This document shows positions 59,064 to 64,000 of a stretch of 64,000 bases of DNA, piece by piece. This stretch comes from Candidatus Latescibacterota bacterium (lineage in GTDB: Bacteria; Latescibacterota; UBA2968; UBA8231): the NCBI GenBank assembly GCA_965215195.1, contig CBDCDC010000002.1:320001-384000 (forward strand). The letters run 5' to 3'. Position 1 is the first letter of the stretch. Every line of letters begins with the position of its first letter. Below the pieces are notes generated by a model, which saw nothing but the letters and a program-made list of their open reading frames with translations, ran no database searches and was not told the origin of the DNA. The translations under genes and the position numbers were made by a program.

Positions 59064-59185
59064 AAGGCTGATGGCCGGTGGTCAGCACATTTTATCACTT
59101 TTTCTGATTTCGGCCATTTTGGGCGATTTCTTGATTTTCTAGGGGCAGCGATCGCTGCCCCCTACGGCGTCCATCTGCGGATATT

Positions 59186-60847
59186 ATGGTTTTCGTCCTT
59201 TTACTGCTCGTCGCTGCCAGCGCCCACGCCGATTCCTTCTTTGTGGATGCCACGCGGGAAGCCGGTCTGGACCATGCCACCGTCAACGGCGGAGCGGATA
59301 AGCGCTTCATCCTCGAATCCACCGGCAGCGGCGCGGCCTTTTTCGACTCCGACCGCGACGGCGATCTCGACCTCTACGTAGTAAACGGCTCGACCTACGC
59401 TCACTACGCGGCACGCTCGGGGCCGGGCAATGTGCTCTATCGCAACGAGGGCCGAGGCACTTTTGCGGCCGTGGTCGCCGGCGTTGAGGATCGCGGTTGG
59501 GGCATGGGGGTGGCTGTGGGGGATTACGACGGCGACGGCCACAGCGACCTCTATGTGACCAACTACGGTGCCAACGCGCTCTATCGCAATCGCGGCGATG
59601 GCGCCTTTGCCGCGGTCGCCGCACCGGCTGGGGTTGCTGGCGATGGCTTCAGCACGAGCGCGGCGTTTTTCGACTACGATGGCGACGGCGATCTCGACCT
59701 CTACGTGGCCAACTACGTGGTCTTCGACCTTGAGCCGGTGCTGCAAGACCCGGAGTTAGAAGATCCCTGCATCTACTTGGGCGGGCTGCGGGTCTTCTGT
59801 GGCCCGCAGGGCATGGCGGGCGGGCGGGACCGGCTCTACCGCAACGACGGCGGGATTTTTGCCGACGCCACGGCCGCGTCCGGCGCGGCCGCGGCCAATG
59901 CCTACTACGGCTTGGGCGTGGTGTCCGCAGACTTTGACCGCGACGGCGACCTCGACCTGTTCGTGGCCAACGACGAGACCCCCAATGTGCTGTTCCGCAA
60001 CGACGGTGGTCGCTTGGGCGACATGGGCTTGCAGGCCGGCGTGGCGTACAACGGCGACGGCGAGGCCGAGGCGAGCATGGGGGTGGATGCGGGCGATTGC
60101 GACGGCGACGGCGACCTAGATCTCTACGTGACCAACTTCTACGGCGAGACCAACACGCTCTATTTGAACTCGGGCCACGGGACCTTTATCGACGCCACGA
60201 GCGAGCGCGGCTTGGCGGCCCCGACCGTGGGCTATCTCGGCTGGGGTGCGCGCTTTTTCGACTTTGACTTCGACGGCGACTTGGACCTGTTCGTGGCCAA
60301 CGGCCACATCTATCCCCAAGTCGATCGCGCCAGCGCCGGGGGCACGTACGCCCAGCGCAACCAGCTTTTCGCCAACGAGGGATCGGGCGCGTTCTCGGCG
60401 GTGGAAGGGGCCGGCCCCGGGCTGCTGGTGCAAAAGTCGAGCCGCGCGGCCATCAGCGGCGACTACGACCAAGACGGCGATGTCGATTTGTTCACGACCA
60501 ATATCGACGACAGCCCGACGCTCTTGCGCAATGAGACGCGCAGTGGTCGCTATCTCGTGGTGCAAGTCGAACCGGAAGTGGTCGGCACTTGGGTGCGGCT
60601 GGTGGCGGGCGGGCGGACGCAGGTGCGGGCGGTCGGCGGGGCGGCGAGCTATTTGGGCCACAGCGACGCGCGCCTCCACTTTGGCTTGGGTCGCGCCGAG
60701 CGCGTCGAGCGCGTCGAGGTGTGGTGGCCGGACGGTGCAGTGACGCGGTTGGAGGATTTGCCGGTGGATGAACTACTGATCGTGTACAAGGAGGGGAGGG
60801 TTATGGTGAAAGTGTTGGATCGCGTCCCGGTACAGAAGCAGCCGTGA
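59186..60847 (+). CDS. CRTAC1/FG-GAP + ASPIC/UnbV protein
   Basis: DYDGDGDLDL repeats, SYLGHSDARLHFGLG, WPDG. Confidence 0.9.
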   Translation: MVFVLLLLVAASAHADSFFVDATREAGLDHATVNGGADKRFILESTGSGAAFFDSDRDGDLDLYVVNGSTYAHYAARSGPGNVLYRNEGRGTFAAVVAGVEDRGWGMGVAVGDYDGDGHSDLYVTNYGANALYRNRGDGAFAAVAAPAGVAGDGFSTSAAFFDYDGDGDLDLYVANYVVFDLEPVLQDPELEDPCIYLGGLRVFCGPQGMAGGRDRLYRNDGGIFADATAASGAAAANAYYGLGVVSADFDRDGDLDLFVANDETPNVLFRNDGGRLGDMGLQAGVAYNGDGEAEASMGVDAGDCDGDGDLDLYVTNFYGETNTLYLNSGHGTFIDATSERGLAAPTVGYLGWGARFFDFDFDGDLDLFVANGHIYPQVDRASAGGTYAQRNQLFANEGSGAFSAVEGAGPGLLVQKSSRAAISGDYDQDGDVDLFTTNIDDSPTLLRNETRSGRYLVVQVEPEVVGTWVRLVAGGRTQVRAVGGAASYLGHSDARLHFGLGRAERVERVEVWWPDGAVTRLEDLPVDELLIVYKEGRVMVKVLDRVPVQKQP

Positions 60848-60897
60848 CGACTTGGCCCTTTGCAGGGGTGAGATAAACGTCGTAGAAATTTAGGAAC

Positions 60898-62028
60898 ATG
60901 CGAAACCTGACCATAATCGGAAAACTCGCCAATGTGGATTGGGATTTTCCAAAGCGCGTCACCCACAGTGACATTGAGGGACTCCATCCCTATCCGGCGA
61001 AGTTCGTCGCCGAACTGCCGCGCACTTTGCTGAATATCCTCCCGATCCCCGCAGGAACAGCCGTCCTCGACCCTTTCTGCGGTAGCGGCACTACCCTAGT
61101 GGAAAGCCAGAGGCACGGTCTCGCCTCCGTGGGTATCGACGTGAATCCAATCGCCTGTCTGATGTCGCGAGTGAAGACAGAGTCCGTGCCACCCGATCTG
61201 GCAGAAACAGCGCGGGACGTTCTCGACCGTGCTCAAAGAGAACGGGACCCTGCGATTCCCGCGATCCCTAACCTCGACCACTGGTTTCGACGGCCAGTAC
61301 AGAAAGCACTAGCAGCGTTGACTAGTGCGCTAACTGCGGTACCCGCTGAGTACCAAGCTCCGCTCCGCCTCGCCCTGTCGAGCATCATCGTCCGCGTCTC
61401 CAACCAAGACAGCGACACCCGCTATGCTGCCGTGGAGAAACAGGTTGCCGCCGAAGATGTCTTCCGGGGGTTTGAGCAGGCGACGCGCCGCATTCTCAAT
61501 GTTTTGCAGAAGCGGCCCTATCCGCTCGTACCTGCCACGGTGCTGCAAGCCGATACGCTAGCCCTCGATCCGAAACAGATCCTAGGGCGCATCGGCTTGG
61601 TAATCACCTCGCCCCCCTATCCGAACGCGTACGAATACTGGCTGTACCACAAGTACCGCATGTGGTGGCTCGGCTTTGATCCCATAGCCGTAAAAACGCA
61701 AGAGATCGGTGCTCGCGCCCATTTCTTTAAGCGGAATCACCATACAGCCGAGGACTTCGCGCACCAGATGGCGCAGACTTTTGCCCTCCTTCAGGAGGTG
61801 CTCGTGTCGGATGGCTATGCGTGTTTCGTCGTCGGTCGCTCTCGCATCCACGGCCGCGTTGTGGACAACGCCCGCATCATTGAGGATACGGGTCGCGCCG
61901 CCGGATTCAAGCGCGTGTTTGCTGCTGAACGCGCACTTGCGCCTAACCGAAAGTCTTTCAATCTCTCACACGCCAACATCAAGACCGAGACGGTCCTGCT
62001 GTTGAGACGGGCAACATCATGCGCCTAA
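60898..62028 (+). CDS. N4-cytosine DNA methyltransferase (M1 of a BfiI-like system)
   Basis: HPYPAKF, DPFCGSGTT, ITSPPY. Confidence 0.88.
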   Translation: MRNLTIIGKLANVDWDFPKRVTHSDIEGLHPYPAKFVAELPRTLLNILPIPAGTAVLDPFCGSGTTLVESQRHGLASVGIDVNPIACLMSRVKTESVPPDLAETARDVLDRAQRERDPAIPAIPNLDHWFRRPVQKALAALTSALTAVPAEYQAPLRLALSSIIVRVSNQDSDTRYAAVEKQVAAEDVFRGFEQATRRILNVLQKRPYPLVPATVLQADTLALDPKQILGRIGLVITSPPYPNAYEYWLYHKYRMWWLGFDPIAVKTQEIGARAHFFKRNHHTAEDFAHQMAQTFALLQEVLVSDGYACFVVGRSRIHGRVVDNARIIEDTGRAAGFKRVFAAERALAPNRKSFNLSHANIKTETVLLLRRATSCA

Positions 62029-63524
62029 TCTGGCACGGCTATCACTACTATCCTTATGAGCGGGACCTCGCCCTCCGCGAAGTAGCTGTCCTGTTCGGGA
62101 ATCCGGCCTTTCGCCTAACCTCGGACGGGGTGGAATGGGCCGGGCAACCAGACAGCGAAAGCATTCCCTTCGGCAGGCTCAGGGCCTCACGTCTCACGTA
62201 CTTCGCAAGAGCCATCAGTGGCCCTCATTCGTACTCAACGCTGCAAGGTCGTCTCGAAGACAGCGGGCGTTTGGGCCGGAACCGGCAGGCCACTCGCTAC
62301 TCGGTCCACGGGCTACACGAGTACAAGGGAAAATTCAACCCGCAAGTGGCAAAGGCACTGCTCAATATCTTCGCCATCGAGCCCGGCCAGCACGTCCTCG
62401 ATCCCTTCTGCGGCAGTGGTACCACGCTCGTCGAATGCGCCCATCTCGGAGTGACAGGCTGGGGCATTGACCTGAACCCGCTAGCCATATTCTTGGCTAA
62501 CGCAAAACTACGGGCCCTGGGCACATCGGTGGAAGAACTGCGCGACATGCACGCCCAGCTAGCGACCAGCCTAAGGCAGGCCGGGCGGCAGACAATCCAA
62601 GTCGGCGACGATCTTAGGGGACAGTACCTCCGCTCGTGGTTTGACCCGGATACCCTCCAGATCGTCGAGTTCGTCGGCGCAGAGATCCGGAAGATCGCAG
62701 GAGAAGTCGCGCCAGTCTTCCTAGTGCTTGCCAGCGATCTACTGCGCGAATACTCACTTCAGGATCCCCGGGACCTGCGTTGCCGCCGTCGCAAGTCGCC
62801 GTTGCCCGATACCCCTTTTAGCGATGCCTTTCTGGCGAACTGTACGCGAGCCATTGAGCGCATCGAAGCGGCGCAGACCGTGCTCGGAACCGATATGCCA
62901 CTGGGCCGAGCCATTCATCGGGACGTGACGACGCTCGCGCTGGCCGATCTGCCGGCTCCCTGCCACGCGGCGATTACTAGCCCGCCCTATGCGATGGCAC
63001 TGCCCTACATCGACACTCAGCGCCTGTCCCTCGTCTGGCTGGATCTCCTGACGCCGGACCGCGTCCGCGACCTTGAAGCCGATCTAATCGGCAGTCGCGA
63101 AATGCGCGGCCCTACTCGCAACAAAATGCTCGCTGCCATGCAGGACAACGAAGCCGGGCTGCCGGAGACCGAAGCCGCTCTCTGCTGCCAGTTACAGGCA
63201 GCTCTCGGTGCGGAGGACGGATTTCGCCGGCGGGCCGTTCCCATTTTACTTTATCGGTACTTTGCGCTGATGCAGCGGAGCTTCCGGGCCGTGCGCGGTG
63301 TCATGCGCCAGAAGGCCCCTTGCGGGCTCATCGTTGGGCGCAACCACACCACGCTCGGTGGCATCCGTCAAGACATCGACACTCCAACCCATCTCGCGGC
63401 CCTCGCTACGAGTGTCGGCTGGAGTATAGACGAGATGATCCCTCTCCAGACTTACCGCCGCTACGGCTACCACATGAGTAACGCCGTCAAGGCCGAAACT
63501 CTCGTCCTGCTCCGCAACCTATGA
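62019..63524 (+). CDS. N4-cytosine DNA methyltransferase (M2 of a BfiI-like system)
   Basis: HEYKGKFNPQ, DPFCGSGTT, ITSPPY. Confidence 0.88.
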   Translation: MRLIWHGYHYYPYERDLALREVAVLFGNPAFRLTSDGVEWAGQPDSESIPFGRLRASRLTYFARAISGPHSYSTLQGRLEDSGRLGRNRQATRYSVHGLHEYKGKFNPQVAKALLNIFAIEPGQHVLDPFCGSGTTLVECAHLGVTGWGIDLNPLAIFLANAKLRALGTSVEELRDMHAQLATSLRQAGRQTIQVGDDLRGQYLRSWFDPDTLQIVEFVGAEIRKIAGEVAPVFLVLASDLLREYSLQDPRDLRCRRRKSPLPDTPFSDAFLANCTRAIERIEAAQTVLGTDMPLGRAIHRDVTTLALADLPAPCHAAITSPPYAMALPYIDTQRLSLVWLDLLTPDRVRDLEADLIGSREMRGPTRNKMLAAMQDNEAGLPETEAALCCQLQAALGAEDGFRRRAVPILLYRYFALMQRSFRAVRGVMRQKAPCGLIVGRNHTTLGGIRQDIDTPTHLAALATSVGWSIDEMIPLQTYRRYGYHMSNAVKAETLVLLRNL

Positions 63525-64000
63525 ACGAACTGACCGTTCATCCCAACGTGTACGCGACTGGACGCAGCAAGGGGCTAATTTCCCTGCTCGAACGCATCTG
63601 GATGCGCGAGCGCGAAATGGGCGACGGAACGCTCTACATCGTTTCCGGCTTTGCCAATTACAATGGCGGCGTCCGCTTCTTTCCCGTATTTCGCCGCCAC
63701 ATTGAGCAAGGTGGCCGAGTAGTGGCGATTTTCGGTGGTAGCACTCAGCAGAAGCTGACCAGCCAGCAGGTCGTGCGGGAACTGCTCAACTGTGGAGCCG
63801 AGATACACCTTGTCAACCGCAAGCGCCTCATGCACGTCAAGAGCTACGGATCGAAGACCTGCAACGGAGAGATGCTCGTCGTCACCAGCGGCAACTTCAC
63901 TGGACCGGGCATGTCTCAAAATGTCGAAATGGCCATCTTGCTCGATCGCGTGACAACCCGCAGTTTGCGCTTCTCTTGGGACGACATGCTCAATGCGATG
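63521..64000 (+). CDS. BfiI-like PLD-superfamily restriction endonuclease (partial, runs off the right edge)
   Basis: MNELTVHPNVYATGRSKGLI...SGFANYNGGVRF...NRKRLMHVKSYG...TSGNFTGPGMSQNVE matches the R.BfiI N-terminal catalytic domain as I recall it. Confidence 0.88.
   Translation, partial: MNELTVHPNVYATGRSKGLISLLERIWMREREMGDGTLYIVSGFANYNGGVRFFPVFRRHIEQGGRVVAIFGGSTQQKLTSQQVVRELLNCGAEIHLVNRKRLMHVKSYGSKTCNGEMLVVTSGNFTGPGMSQNVEMAILLDRVTTRSLRFSWDDMLNAM

Noticed and set aside
13813-60847. Recurrent GACTACGACAACGACGGCGAC-like nucleotide repeats
   Set aside because: They encode FG-GAP DxDxDGDxD motifs; these are protein repeats, not a DNA element or DGR.
1-64000. tRNA/rRNA genes
   Set aside because: None recognised by eye in the intergenic regions; tRNAscan-SE would be needed to exclude them.

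Overview
GC-rich bacterial window. The gene content (FlgD-Ig/T9SS-like C-termini, SWGxIK tails, many FG-GAP/CRTAC1-UnbV and TPR proteins) suggests a Latescibacterota/FCB-type organism; this is inference only. From left to right: (1) 1-2.7 kb, two secreted-protein genes. (2) 2.4-4.55 kb, a tyrosine recombinase between 110-bp inverted repeats that copy the RBS and signal peptide of the neighbouring gene. (3) 4.6-8.8 kb, IS4/IS5 debris and a 36-39-36 bp repeat-spacer-repeat. (4) 8.8-34.2 kb and 54-60.8 kb, a large envelope cluster: five CRTAC1/UnbV proteins, TPRs, two PpiC foldases, two FGE-sulfatase proteins, a di-heme peroxidase, a spermidine-synthase-like membrane protein, and a eukaryote-like alkyl-DHAP synthase followed by a DHRS7B-like reductase. 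(5) 34.1-53.1 kb, a restriction-like defence island (SNF2 helicase-DUF3883, DUF1156 methyltransferase, DUF499 ATPase). It is present as one intact copy plus a collapsed, collinear 'ghost' copy in tandem. Both copies are bounded by duplicated 3' ends of the two flanking core genes and carry different cargo in the same helicase/methyltransferase slot: AlbA-HATPase in the ghost; MNT-HEPN repeats plus a metallophosphoesterase/Hsp90-like ATPase pair in the intact copy. (6) 60.9-64 kb, a BfiI-like type IIS R-M system. All family assignments come from motif recognition by eye; no database search was run.
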